The translations under genes were made by a program, and so were the position numbers. A stretch of DNA of 64,000 nucleotides from Malacoraja senta (Eukaryota): positions 3,536,001 to 3,600,000 of the forward strand of contig CM075994.1 in the NCBI GenBank assembly GCA_038087875.1, given 5' to 3'. The notes beneath the pieces were generated by a model. It worked only from the letters and a program-made list of their open reading frames with translations, ran no database searches and was not told the DNA's origin. This document shows positions 1 to 13,521 of the stretch, one piece after another. Position 1 is the first letter of the stretch, and the number at the start of each line of letters is the position of its first letter.

Positions 1-3000
1 GAAAAGGAGTCAGGTAATGTACAGTTAAATTATATTCTCAGTGGTAGTTTATGCATTGAAAAGAGCACTAAAATTATTTTTCAAGTGAGAATTATGTCCT
101 GGCTTCTACACTCAATGATCTGCAAATAACATCGAAGATTTTGTGTCACTGTAAATCTAAGCAGCGCTGCATTCTTCATGATGGACGTTGGAACTGTTTG
201 TAGGGAGAGCATAATGTATCTTTTTATTCCATCAATGTTCCGAGAGATAAGCATCAAAACCAGGATGCATGGGTTCTAATAGAGTTCATAATAAATTCAT
301 GAATATCAAACAAAACAATTGATTGAAAACAGTTGGGATTCCGGCGGAAATATGAGAAATAGAAAAAAATACTTTTCAATATGCGAAAACTATTTGAAAT
401 CCCAAATCTTGTACTTGCAAAATGACATGCGCAGTGGGGAGCGCTCAGTCCGTTACAGCTAAGGCATCTTGTCTTTCAAAACAAAGACGGGCTCTGTGAC
501 CAAAACTAGTCTATACAGACCTGGATCCCACATCCAAGCTAAAGAAAAAATAAACAAACTGCACAGCATAGTGTTAGTTGCAGAGAACCTGCTAATGTCA
601 ACATGCAAGGGCCACAATGAGGTACATTGGAAGATCGGGACCAAGCCTAAAATATCCTTGGCCTTCAAGATTCGTCTAACAGCGGGGATTATTCCCTAAT
701 CTGCTGCTACGTGCTTTTAAACTTTGGTACCTTATGCCCGAGAGAAGGGAGATGACAGATGGTCCGGTGGCATGTCTTAATACATACATGAAGACTCGGA
801 ATTAATGCAGATTTCCCTAAAGAATGACATTGATGAGGGAGCCTTGTTCTGTGGATAGACTGTGTAGTTGGAACTCATTGCAACAAACTTAGTGTACCAG
901 ATTGGCAAAGCTATTTGAAATTCTCAAAGGCTGGGGGGTAGAGAGAGGATATCCTTTCTTTTGGCTGAGGGTTGAAGAGCGATTGCCAAAAGTGATACCC
1001 CTCAAATACACTGTGTAATTTATTGACTTTGGAATTCACTTTTATGTGCGAATTCAAATGCAGCGCTCAAGAAGCTGGAGTTATCTCTTAGTACATAGTT
1101 TTCAGGATAATGAAGTGGCTGAATGGGTCTAACTGTATTTTACATACGTAGAGCCAGTACGAACTCAACAAACCAAATAGCCTCCAATAACCCTGTGGTC
1201 CTCTTCATTTAGCTTAAAAATAAAAATCAGATCAACTATTACACGTTTTACATTTGCATTAGACACAGAACAAAAACATGTCACAAATTATTTGAAAAAT
1301 CTATTTCATTCATCTCTGCCATATTTATCTTTAGAGCTGAATTATCTTCGTGCTATTTGCAGTAAGTAACGTCTTATTTTCTGATTACATGTTTACATAT
1401 CGAAGACTAACGTTGCAATGTTCTCATTCACACCTAATTTTAGTAAAACATTAGATAGTTACACGCTGCGATCTTTTATCACTTTTCGGTTGAAATGCAA
1501 GCCCGACCTCGAAGTCCCGCATAGGTAGAATTGTAATGCATCCCAGCGGAGCCTAATGTAGAGTTTATCAGAATAACTCCAACTTCAAACAAAGGTTTGT
1601 GGAACAGAAATTTACTTTGGCTGATATGTTTGTAATAATTTGATCGGCCATCCAATAAAAGGAGGTCTCAAAATCTGAGATTAAACTGAAAGTATAAATG
1701 TGATGAAAACTGTTTGAAGGGTGTGCGAATAGTGAATATGATTTGGAAAATCTGCATGGAAAATTATTATTCCAACTGGTTGTGTTACATGCAAGTAAAA
1801 GCAGGAATATGCCAAGGATGGTCAACAAATCAGACATCACTTTGAGACAGACTCAACGTCCGACAGCCAGGTTTTATTTGTCACCAAAGATAAACTTTGC
1901 ACAGGGCTATGCAGCGAAGTGCTGGTGTAGACGACAGCTACATTGCACTCAACCAGAGTTGAACAGTACATAAGACGATCTATACACTGCCAGTCACAAG
2001 CAATTGCCCACGTTTGCCGTGCCTGTCAAGATGCAGCCCTCTGCTCCATATCTAAATCCCCAAAGCATTCATGTGGCTCTGTCCATTCTGCCCAACACCA
2101 ACCTTCTCGCATACGTGCCTTGCGTTCATCCATCCAGATATATTGGCAACTATCTCAGTCTTGTGTGTTGCAATGTGTGGATATGGAGATGAAATGACCT
2201 GATCCATAAGCAGATGTAGCCAAACGTTTTCTATGAAGCTCTTATTCGAAGTATGCAAGATGCAACCTAGGAAAACATAATAAGGAAGCAATCAGAGATG
2301 CACTCTACCATCTGTTTAATGCCATAGATTACAAAATTTTTATATCACATACTTTTGATAACATCATAAATGTGAAATGTGTTCTCATCCCTCATTTTTC
2401 ACACAATCAGAAACACGATTCTAACATTCAAAAATTCTGACAAGTGCAACAGCAAAATAATGCTGAGCACGGAATCTCGGGTTTCATTTTGCCTAATCAG
2501 TTAAATGATAACTTCTGTTTTCCAGGAAAAGGCGAGGATATAAAAAGTAAGACCGATGCAGTTACTACCTACAATTATATTCTCTCCCCAGATAACTCAC
2601 AAAATCATATTGCACTTTTGAAATGGGTTTATTTATTGCATTATTTTTGGTACTATAAACATCATTGTGATTGATCCTGGGAGACCTTATAATTTAAAAT
2701 ATGTTGAAATATTCCGGAAAATCAAAGTTTCCAAGTTTTCACACTCGGAGCATTTATAAATATATACGCTTCGAATGTGTGTTTAAAATCGTGCCTATTG
2801 TTGGTTGACAGGTTTATTTGATTTGGTGTGTAGTTAGCGTGCTGTAATCATAAAACAGTTTTTAGTGATAACACTTGACGAGTTTCATAGCATCAGCAAG
2901 TCATCGGAAAAAAGTACGACTTGACACCCGGAGACTATTCAGACCATTGTTTTTCCATCAGTTTTCCAGATAGGAAGTTCACTTCTTACCACTGTTGCCA

Positions 3001-3644
3001 TTTCTTTTCTGTCATGCCACTCAAAGTCATCGTTTATGTTACCTTCTCAATATTGCACATAACGCCAGAGCTTGTTGGCTCTTTGCGTGCCAGTCCCAGA
3101 AGAGGATCTACAATTAAATAATCTGAATCTGAATCTGATACAATTGTTCCACTGTTTGAATTCTCTATTCTGCTTGCAAATCTATCAGTACTTCAGGTTG
3201 TACTCTACCTATTGTTCTCGTGTGTGGATTGCTTATATTCATGTATAGTATTATCCGATTTGATTGGATAGCATGCGAAGAAATGTTTTTCAATGTATCT
3301 CGGTACACGTTTACAATTAACCAATATTAATACCAATACCAGTTGTACCTCCCACCATTAGTTTTTTTGGATTAAAGTCAATTTGCCATCTGTGCTAACT
3401 GTTCAAGCCATAAACATCTTTTTCACAGTATCATGCTTTCCACTGCATGGTCAATTAAACTCTTCAGCCATCAACATGCTTGCATCAACCAACCATAAAC
3501 ATATGCGCACACATGCATGTGTGCTCCCGTTCCACAATGGAGGAAACGATAGTTATCTTAAATCTTTCCATCAATGTACAGCAGTTGAAACCAGATCAAC
3601 AGGAATCAGACATTTGTAAATTTTGCTTTCTTTACTACTACAGC

Positions 3645-4280
3645 GTCATATAGCATGGAAACAGACCCTTCAGCCCAATTTGCCTACGCCAACGAAGATG
3701 CTCCATTTACGCCTGTCCCACTTGCCTGCTTGGAGCTACCTATCCAATTGTCTTTTAAATGTTGTAGTACCTGCCTCAACTACCGCCTCCGGCAGCTCAT
3801 TCCATACACCCACCACCCTCTGCGTGATAAACGTACCCCCCTCAAGTTCCTATTAAAACTTTCCCCTCTCATCCAAAACCTGTAGCCTCCAGTTGTTGAT
3901 TCCCTTCTATGGGTAAAAGACTCTGTGCATCCACCCTGTCCATTCCACTCATGATCTTCTGCATTTCTAAAAAATCACCCCTCACCCTCATGTGCTCCAT
4001 AGTATAAAGTACTCATCTGCCCAAACACTTCCTTTTGCAATGTTCTTGTAAATACTTTTACAATCTTTCCTCTTAACAACATCTCTTCCAAGAGCAGGGT
4101 GATCAACACCAAACACAACACCACAAACACACTTTGACCAACGTCTTCTGCAACTGCAATATAACATTCCAACTTCTATATTCAATGCCCTGGCTGATAA
4201 AGGCAAATAAACCTAAAGCTTTCCAGAGCACACTATCTACCTGTGATGCCACCCTCATGGAACTATGTACTTGCACTCCT
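3645..4280 (-). mobile_element. Degenerate CR1-type LINE 3' fragment
   Basis: Contains atagcatggaaacagacccttcagccc (3' UTR-like) and ctaccgcctccggcagctcattcc motifs resembling the other CR1 copies in the window. Confidence 0.65.
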
Positions 4281-6420
4281 AGATCTTATTCTCTATCAAA
4301 TAATGGGTAAAGACATTTCACGTGGTTAACCAATCATACGTTTTGCTGTACCTTGACTTAACTAAAAAAATGGGTAATTATAACTGGGTCAGAGAAATAA
4401 GTCAATTTGCAAAAAACTATTCATGACAATCTTCCTTCAAATCTCTATTTTTCAGAAGCAATTGAAGATACAGGGAGCTAGATTTACAAGACAAATTATC
4501 TGATTAAAAAAAATCTCTGCAACTTACTTTCAACTGCAACTGACTTGCTTGGAATCGGGAATTTTTTTTCTGCGTACTAAATTTGTGATTAACAAAGTTA
4601 TTCTGTTATTTCTTAAGCTGAGGGAACATTCAACATTGCCGTGGAAAATATAGGTGAATTCTCCAGCTAAATTATTTTGTAATAACATTTCTCATGGTCG
4701 ATCTTGCTGGTGATCCACATGAGAAATGCTTGATATTCTCTTGCAATTAATGGAATGTATTTAAATAGTAAGATTTCACAGTGTTGGACTAATGCCAGCA
4801 CAGATTTCATACTGCTTTATTTACTCACTGATATTAATAATAAATGTTATTGTCATGTTTGCAAACTAGCAGATCCATTCGATATTGTAATAAAAGCTTG
4901 GGTAACCATGTCAAACGAACGACATGGAAGGCAGTATCTAATGTACATGCTTAATGCAGCTAATTTCAATTGAAAATTATTTAAACTCAACTGGCAGTGC
5001 AGTTATTCATTTTACACAAAGTATATTTAAATATCTGACAGATAAACAGACAGACAATATTCATTAGTTTTGAACTCCATACATTAAAAACTCAAAATAC
5101 GTGATAATAAGAAAGCCATAAAACATACATTATTTACTTTTACCAATATATAATGCACATGATCACAAAAGGTGGATATTTAACAGCTACCTACCACTTA
5201 TCTCCTGGTCTTACTTTCCTGTTTATTGAGCAAAAACAACATTAATTACATCCATTTGGTAAACACCCCTGCCAGTGTAATTAGATAGTTTTCAAAACGT
5301 TCTTGGTCACATTAGATAACCATGAGATTTTCAGTGACCACTCTCGGGAAAAATCCCCTATTAAAAAATTAACATTTTGTACTCGTTGGCACATGACATT
5401 GAGGTACCTCTGCATTCTTCAGTCCATGATGATTAATATAATGTATTACATTGTAATATGTAAAACAAAAGATTTACTCCCGGCAAAGTACTTAATAAAA
5501 TCATTCCTCCAATCAAGTCTTCATTCAGATTCCTTGGGACTACCTTAATCTTTGCGTGCAGAAAGGATGTTCAAGCGCACAAACTAATAGCAATGACTTT
5601 TTATGAATCTATGATAATCAGTGAATATTTTGCTGGCCTGTCGCCGTCTTTCTCTCATGTGCTCAGCACGCCCCTTTCGTTCCACCTAATACACACACAT
5701 ATATGTGTGCCATTTTCTCTTGGCTTCACTTTGCAACATAACCACAGCGCAGTGATTTAGTGTTCAAAGCTGAGCAGAGGATGAATGCCCAATATTACTT
5801 CATTCTTATCGATCTGGTTAATGTCCATTGTGGTTTATCAGAAGTGTGTATCTGCCATGCACGAAGCATGAAAAGAGATTACCAATTTGCTAATATTGCT
5901 CTGTGCTTTCGTCAATTAAAAATGCTTATTTCTCTGTTGTATGGAAGGATGAATTTGTTTGTAATGGAAGATGAATTGCTGAATGTTAACAAGAAAGTAA
6001 AGAAATTTGGGCTGGCGTCTCTCATTTCAGCATGCTGTATTTAGTTGAACAGAATATTTTAATTCCTGTGTATGCAACACATTAACCAACAGGGTTGGCC
6101 ACGTGTAGTGTGCAGTCAAACATTGAGGAACGCAGCAAGCAAGTGGTGCTGCAGATAAGACACAAATGATGAAGTAACTCAGCATTGACATTCTTTAATC
6201 ATCGCTTCGTCTAACCATGAATTTCCTTACCCAACAGCATACCAGGAGAACCTTCATCTAAGAACTGCTGCACTGCCAAGCAGATGCTCACCACCATTTC
6301 CTCAAGAACTAGAGAAGAGCATTAAATGATGGCCTTGCCAGTGATACCCATATCCTGCAAGAGAATGAAAAAAATTCCATCAAGCAAATACCTCATGAAG
6401 CAATTAAAAAATGCTTATCA

Positions 6421-6695
6421 AGTGGCGGCACAGAGGCGTACTTCCGGGTTTGATCCTGACGAGTGGTTACCTGTACAGAATTTGTACGTTCTCCCGTGAC
6501 CTGTGTGGATTTTCTCTGAGATTTTCGATTTCCTCCCACATTCCAAAGCCGTACTGAGTTGTTGGTTAATTGGCTTGGTGTAAATGTAAAATTGTTCCTA
6601 GTGTGTGCAGGGTAGTGTTAACGTGCAGCAATCGCTGATCAGTGCAGACTCGCGAAGGACTGTTTCCACGCTGTACCTCTGAACTAAACTAAAAG
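6421..6695 (+). mobile_element. V-SINE (HE1-like tRNA-derived SINE)
   Basis: B-box-like gggtttgatcctgac, V-domain-like core gtggattttctctgag...ttcctcccaca, and a ctaaactaaa tail. Confidence 0.75.
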
Positions 6696-6909
6696 TGGCT
6701 GGAAGTGTGCAAGACTGCAGTGCCAGACCCTGGAGTGCTTAATTGGACATCCTGATGTTACGGTCAAATAGCACAGCATTTCATTATTCTCAAAGGAACA
6801 AGAGTTTGGCTGCACCTGCTAAATATCTAGTGAAACACGAGATATTGTAATTCATCACACATTTTCCCTATTTCTAACGAGCATACTGTAATGCTGAAAC
6901 TAAGGCTCA

Positions 6910-7205
6910 GATTTATAAAAGGGAATTACGATACGATAGTAGCTATAAGGTGAGAGGAGAAAAAGTTTAATGGAGATGTGCAGGACAATCTTTTTTACAC
7001 TACAGAGTGTAAAGCTGGCCTGGAATACATTATCAGGGGTGAGGGTGGAGACAGATACAATAGTGGTGTTTAAGAGACTTTTAGATAGGCACATGGAACT
7101 GCAGGGAATAGAGGGATAGGATCATGCACAGGCAGATGAGATTAGTTTAACTTGGCATCATGTTCAGCACAAATGGGGTAACGGCCCATTTCTGAGCTGT
7201 ACTGA
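6910..7205 (+). mobile_element. CR1-type LINE 3' fragment
   Basis: gcctggaatacattatcaggggtgagggtggagacagatacaatagtggtgtttaagagacttttagatagg; similar to 22280-22560. Confidence 0.65.
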
Positions 7206-7470
7206 TGAACACTCAAACAATGAGCCTATCCAATAAACAATTTTCACAGCAACCTTGTCGTTTTCCACTCCTTGAAATCGTGAATCAAGCTATTTTCCCC
7301 CTTGATCTATTCAAATACACCTATTCTTCAAAACAATCACTCAAACGGGTGTTCATGGTATCATGGGGCAAGATGTAGCCACAGGATTTAGACCAGGGGT
7401 AGGCAACCTTGTTCTGCATACGGGCCAGGACCCACGTCTGTGAGCGGATGGAGGGCCACATCTATCGCCA

Positions 7471-8479
7471 TCTATATTACTGAAACTCTTTGTTTGTGCT
7501 GGCAATGTCACTATGCTCTGCTTTTTCCTATCTTCTTCCAAACGCTACGCCTCAGCCTGCCCATTTTCACATATTCTACTCACATGTTTCCCGTCGAAGC
7601 AATAAACACCTTCCCATCGCATTCCGACCTATATTTCTGAAGTTATTCATGATTTAAAGTTTCAAAAAAAGCCAAAACCTCTTTCTCAGAGCGTCCAGTG
7701 ATGATGTCACAATGCCTCTCACAAGGCACCATTGGGCTCTCAGAATGGGATGTTGATAAGAATGGGCTCTCAAGCTGCCTGCCGACTGCCACAATGACCG
7801 TGTACTGTGAGAGGCAGCCAGCTTGAGAGCGCAATAACAATGGGCTCTCAAGCTGGCTGCCTCTCACAGTGCACCAATCACAATGGGCTCTCAATCTGTC
7901 CACGCCCTGGCGCTTCTCTATGACCTGCGTAGGTCCTGGGGCACGGAACGGGATGAGGGGAGGTGGATGAGGGAAATGAGAAGCGGTGGAGTCTCTACCC
8001 CCCTCCCCTCCCCTCTCTACCCCCTCCCCTTCCCTCCCCTTCTCTACCCCCTCCTTCCCTCTCTACCGCCTCCCCTTCCCTCTCTACCCGCCTCCCCCTT
8101 CCCTCTCTACCCCCTCCCCTCTCTACCCCCTCCCCCCTTCCCTTCCCTCTCTACCCCCCTCCCCCTTCCCTTCCCCCTTCCCCCTCACCACCCCCCTCCC
8201 CTCTACCACCTCCCCCCTCTACCACCTCCCCATCCCCTCCACCACCACCCCTCCCCCTCCACCACCACCCCTCCCCCTCTCCCCCCCCTCCCTCTCTACC
8301 ACCCCCCTCCTCTCTACCACCCCCCTCCCTCTCTACCACCCCCCTCCCTCTCTACCACCCCCCTCCCTCCCTCTCTGCCACCCCCTCCCTCCCTGCCACC
8401 CCCTCCCTCTCTATATTTGCGTTCCGGGACCAGCCCTCCCCTGTGAAGTTGCCCCCCCCCCCCCCCAACGTTGGTCCAG
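7471..8479 (+). mobile_element. Possible non-autonomous Helitron-like element nested in the hAT element
   Basis: Begins A|TCTATATTACTGAAACT and ends ...ccaacgttggTCCAG|T (degenerate CTAG with an adjacent palindrome). Sits between A and T with no TSD. Confidence 0.45.
7990..8470. repeat. C/T-rich low-complexity minisatellite (ccctctctacc(a)cccc units)
   Basis: Nearly pure pyrimidine tract; source of the spurious poly-Pro ORFs. Confidence 0.95.
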
Positions 8480-10294
8480 TAATTAATAAACTGAGGTAAT
8501 AATGCATACTAACTAAACTAAACATTCACTTATATTTATATATTTAAGCAATATTGTGTCTACTGAACATAGCAGTTAGTTTGACTGGTATTGAAACTAT
8601 CCCCACCCCGTCTTAAATTTCATGCCGACCCTTTGTACCCTCTTCCTCCTCCAACCCATGCTCTCTCCTCCCCCCCCCCTCCTCCTCTCCTCCCCTGCCC
8701 CCTTTACTTCCCTTTCCTCCCCCTCTCCCGTTCCCATCCCCTCCTCCCTCTCCAAGGTCCAGTCCCATCCATTTACCACTGGATTCCTGTCCGCCGCGTC
8801 CACACAAACGAACTGCCAGTAGCGCCGCCATCTTTGAGGAGGGCAGCCCCGGCACTCACCCTGATCCTCCCCCGGGTGGTTCCGGTGTGTGCTGGGCACC
8901 AGGCACTTATACATCAGTGTAACCACGCCCACCAATCCAACTAACCTTTTGCCCAGTTCGTGCGGTTATATCAGTTCCGATTTTTTGTATCAGCAAACGG
9001 GATCCCTAGGAGCATTAAACCAAATCTTTATGTCGCTGGCCAACAGTATTAAACAGTCTAAAAGAGCCCAGGTGACGAGGGAAAAAAAAGAACACCTGCA
9101 GGCCGGATGATCTCGGGTTACGGGCCAGATCCGGCCCTTGGGTCGTAGGTTGCTGACCTCTGATTGAGACCAACACCCAAGTTAAGCCAAAGTGATTTAT
9201 AAACAGCCCAGTCTAATGCTTGTGACTGAAAAGGGATTGGAAGAATTTAGTTCTTCCAATACTCTGAAAAGGATGAATTTCTCACCTATGCTTAATTTGA
9301 GGTGCCTGGTTATTACATCAGTGCAGTTGACTATTAACGATGCAATTTGATAATTAATCCTCAATTGTTCCAAATTAAACAATTGCATATTAAACTCCCT
9401 TTTACCACCAATGAAAAGCAAATGTCAGATGCAAAGCAGATATTTCGCTTACCAGAAAATAATGCATATTCCTTAGCTTGCAAGAACTGTCAGCAGAAAC
9501 CAATTTTAACTGTGTGTGTGCTGGGACCAGCAAGAAAGAAGCCGGATGACAACCTTGAAAGAGATAACAAACCAAAGTTAGCCATAATTAATATTGATCA
9601 CCTAGGCCAGCCGGCATTTTTCGCTCTCCCATCATTCCAGGTTGCTTGCCTGATTTCTTGAAAAAACAAAAAGAAAAAAAATCACTAAAATGTAAAGGAG
9701 CTACACTATGATTATTTAATGCAAAGATATCTTTTGATTTTATTATATCTTATGTTTAGACTTCTTATACGTGTGAGAAAACTATTTCTGCATGGCTGTT
9801 TCATGCAAGCCAAGCATCTTTTGCAGAGATGCCTACGTCAAGTTACAAGAGCTATAACGGCGTTGAGATTAAAATATATTGAAATTGTTTACTTCACCAA
9901 AACCCAGCAGCAAGTTAGCTTTGTGATGGAATAGTCTCCATTTATTTAATGTCCTCAGAAACACGTGTGGCTCGCTTCATCCCAGGATATCATGGTTTGC
10001 CTCACTTGTATGCAATCCAGGAGCTTAACTATTCACCCATCTCTCACTGTACAGCATGTCTGCAGCGTATCGACAGGATTAACTGACATAACTTGCGAAA
10101 ATTTCATTCACAAGACCTTCCAAACTTTATGGAAGGACAAGGGAGCTAATCCCCACCATGTCCACAATCATCTCCATGTCATTGCCACTCTGACTTGGAA
10201 CAACTTTTCAATTTGCTTTCTCACGGCTGGATAAAAGTTACTGCAGTGACTGTAGCTAGAAGAAAGCAAGTTTAGATGTCACTTTGGGAACTAA

Positions 10295-10612
10295 CTGAGT
10301 TTAGTGTTTTTTTAAAGTTTTTAGATAGAGAGCAGACCCGGGTCCGAGCCGACCAGTGATTCCCGCACATTAACACAATCCCACACACACTAGGGACAAT
10401 TTACACTTATACCAAGTATACAACTCAAGCCAATTAACCTACTAACCTGTACATCTTTGGAGCGTGGGAGGAAACCGAAGATCCCGGAGAAAACCAACGT
10501 GGTCACAGGGAGAACACACAAACTCCGTACAGACAGCAACTGTGATCAGGATCAAACTTGGGTCCCTGGCGCTGCAAGGAAGCAACTCTACCGCTGTGCC
10601 ACCATGCCGCCC
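10295..10612 (-). mobile_element. V-SINE (HE1-like)
   Basis: Reverse-complement V core gtgggaggaaaccgaagatcccggagaaaacc, tRNA-like head ending ctctaccgctgtgccaccatgccgccc, and a gtttag tail. Confidence 0.8.
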
Positions 10613-11239
10613 CTTATTTAGTTTAATAGTTTATTATACGAGAGAATCTAGAAATAATCACTGACAAAGTGTCAAGCAAAGTGTTGAACTTTCAGAAAGG
10701 AACCTTACTGACAACACTGCATCAACCAATGATAGTGGCAAGACAGAAACCTAAAAGTATCCTCAATAAGCAGTCAATTTACTCAGAAAGCAAGCCCATG
10801 ATTTGTGAAGGATACTGAACCCATGACAAAAGTTGTTGTTTTACATAAAGGAAACTAATTTCCCCTGAAACCGATTGTGAGTGGAAGACGCATGTATAAT
10901 GTGTAACAATGGGACTCAGTTTGGTTGGAACAGTTCCGTCACTAGATTGACTGATGGTGAAATTACCCAAATCAAAGCTGGGAAATTAGTTATCACTACA
11001 GCAGCCTTTCAATCAAAACAAACTGCACCATTGAGATAAGTAAAAACACCGTCCTTACCCATCTTGGGCTAGATTGACTCCGATGACGCAACGTGGTTGA
11101 CTCCTAAATCTTCCCGAAAAATCAAACGGAAGATCCACAACCTACTCAGAGAATCTAGGATTGGACATGAAGTTTAAGCTTTGCTTTTAACAACGCATAC
11201 AGACAACAATAAAGTTTCAGCAACATTGCGAGAGCACTT

Positions 11240-11380
11240 TCAGAACAGTCTGACGAAGGGTCCCGACCTGAAAACGTCACCTATCCATGTGCTCCAGAGG
11301 TGCTGCCTAACCCGCTGAGTTACGCTGGCACCTTGTGACTTTTTTTTTGTAAACCAGCATCTGCAGCTCCTCGTGTCTCC
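11240..11380 (+). mobile_element. Short Penelope-associated repeat fragment
   Basis: agtctgacgaagggtcccgacctgaaaacgtcacctatccatg...aaaccagcatctgcag; same family as the termini at 23710 and 24640-24670. Confidence 0.65.
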
Positions 11381-13109
11381 ACTTTCACCCGTAGATTTTA
11401 GCAGATCAAATATGTGTTTAGCCTCCTTCACTTTCAGCAGAAATTAGGTGGAGGTGATATATGCGGCTTTGCCCGATGACCAAAATCATTTATTATAAAG
11501 CACCTGTCAAATCATTTTCAGGAGAATAATTATCAAAAAGAAACAAAAACACATTTGGACAGGTGTTTATTATATTTTATTGTTATTGTGTTGCTTGTTA
11601 ACCAGTACATGGACAGGTAAGGTTTAGCGGGATATGGGCCAAACAGGGACAGGTGGGACTAGTGTAGATAGAGCATCTTGGTCGGCATGAGCAAGTTGGG
11701 CCGAAGGGCTTGTTTCCGTGCTGTATGACCATGATTCTAATTAATTTACTTTGCTTTTAAGCATAGTATCTGGAACATCACCAGACATTATTTACCTTGG
11801 TCTTAAGTACGATATCCAGAACATCACCCATGCTTCTCAGCTGCGAAAATAGCCATCAGTTCCATTATTACTCCAAACTTGATATTTCACTGAAAACTCT
11901 ACTCAGCCATATGTCATGCTTTGAGCATGAACACTGTACAGTCCATATTATAACTTGTACTTAATCTATCTCCTCTGCATTCAGCAGCTTCAACTGGCTC
12001 CCAAGTCACGACTATCTTGATTTAAAATTCTAGCTTTTCAAATTTTAGTCAAGGCTGATACCACTTATGGAGACTAAAATTAAGTTAGCAGACCTGTTGG
12101 ACCTTCCGGTTTCTACCATTTTAACTTCCCTTCCATACAGACCTCTCTCTACTGGGCCTCTTCCATTTCCACAGTGAGGCTACAAATAAACTGGAGGTAC
12201 AGCACCTCATATTCTACTTGGGTAGCCTAGAACCCAATGGTACAAACATTGAATTCTCCAATTTTAGCACAGGCAGAACGTACAAAACTCCGTACAGTCG
12301 GCACCCATAGTCATGATCGAACCTGGGTCTCTGGCGCTGTAAGGCCGCAATTCCACCACTGTGCGGCCCTAATTGCAGGTATGCACTTAACTTACCAAAC
12401 TAACTAATTATCAGGAAAGATAGAAATAAAAATTCACTTTGAAATTCACAATGGAAAATAAAAACTGCCAATTCCTCCCATTGAGCACTAAAAGTCTTTG
12501 GACCTTGCACGTTTGCCATCTGTCAAGTGTGATGTCCCTGCCCGATTTGGTTGACCAGTCTTTTTTTTATTTCAGATTTCTATAATCTGTCATATTTTGC
12601 TTTTAACAACCTTAAGCCTTAATTGTAATCTCAGGAATAACCCAGTGAATTGCCCTATTGTGTCAGTGATGACCACCCACACTAAAAATGAGCAGAAACA
12701 AAATTGCACTGTCCTCTCCTCATTTTCCAAGCTGGAGTCCATCTCGCATATCTGACCAACCATTCTTCATGAAGCAGTCACACACACACTCAAGGTTACA
12801 GCCTAATGAGTAGGAAGCACAGCAAATTATTCTGAAATCTGTTAAAGCAGACAACAGTTCAACGAGTACATGTTGCTGGAAAGGTGCAGCAAGCGGCAGA
12901 ATTAACTATAACAGACTTCGTCCTCGTCTTTACTTCGAAAAATCTAATAGTAGGCAGCACGCTACCATAGAAGTTGATCGCAAATCCCTGCATAGATCGT
13001 AAGCCCCAACGTACATACCATCACGTGAGACTGTGCATTAATAAATCTGACAAAGATACTACTGAATACCTTTACAGGTCAGTTTTAAAGATCAACTCGG
13101 ACGCAACAC

Positions 13110-13428
13110 GCTCAGGATGAATACTGATTGTTTATTGTAAATCGCATTACAGAAAATCCAAATGCTTCAGATTTAAATTTTTCACATTTACGCGAGTCAT
13201 TTCTGCTGAACGCAATAAGAAACCCAGAAAAAATTAAAACCAAAAGATTTTTTAAAATAACGCTCACAATTTGGTGAGTAGTTGAGTCAGCAGCTAATTA
13301 ACACCAATATTTTAGAGTTAGTGTCACACTAACATTTGTCCACGCTAAAACCAACAAGCAAAAGATATGACCCGAGTTTCTGCACGTACCAAGGGGACCC
13401 GCGGCTCTCGTCACGATGCAAAGCAAAC
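13110..13428 (-). other. RBM4: Candidate terminal non-coding (3'UTR) exon of RBM4, copy 1
   Basis: Strong minus-strand acceptor ctgtcccttctttcgcAG|G at 13429-13430. AATAAA at 13131-13136, followed by GU-rich cgtgttgcgt. The donor after the stop codon needs such an exon. The 3' end is approximate. Confidence 0.55.
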
Positions 13429-13521
13429 CTGCGAAAGAAGGGACAGTGCAGATTGATTAAAAACAGGCCTTTGAATTCTCCGCCACACAGGTGCATACCA
13501 CTGAGAATATGTTACTAAGAA

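Larger units (their letters stand above)
7394..9162. mobile_element. Non-autonomous hAT (Charlie-like) DNA transposon carrying nested insertions
   Basis: Terminal inverted repeats (TIRs) CAGGGGTAGGCAACCT and AGGTTGCTGACCTCTG. Flanked by 8-bp ATTTAGAC (7386-7393) and ATTGAGAC (9163-9170), a 7/8 TSD match. Confidence 0.8.

Noticed and set aside
6421..6480. tRNA genes at SINE heads
   Set aside because: Only degenerate box motifs attached to V-SINE bodies are present, with no complete cloverleaf.
1..7000. Exons of a neighbouring gene (for example a possible donor cag|gtaatg at ~13)
   Set aside because: No recognisable protein similarity in any frame; the region is AT-rich with decayed repeats.
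7883..8499. Long Pro-rich ORFs (extensin/formin-like)
   Set aside because: They are open in all three frames only because the C/T tract lacks stop codons, and they lie inside a transposon.
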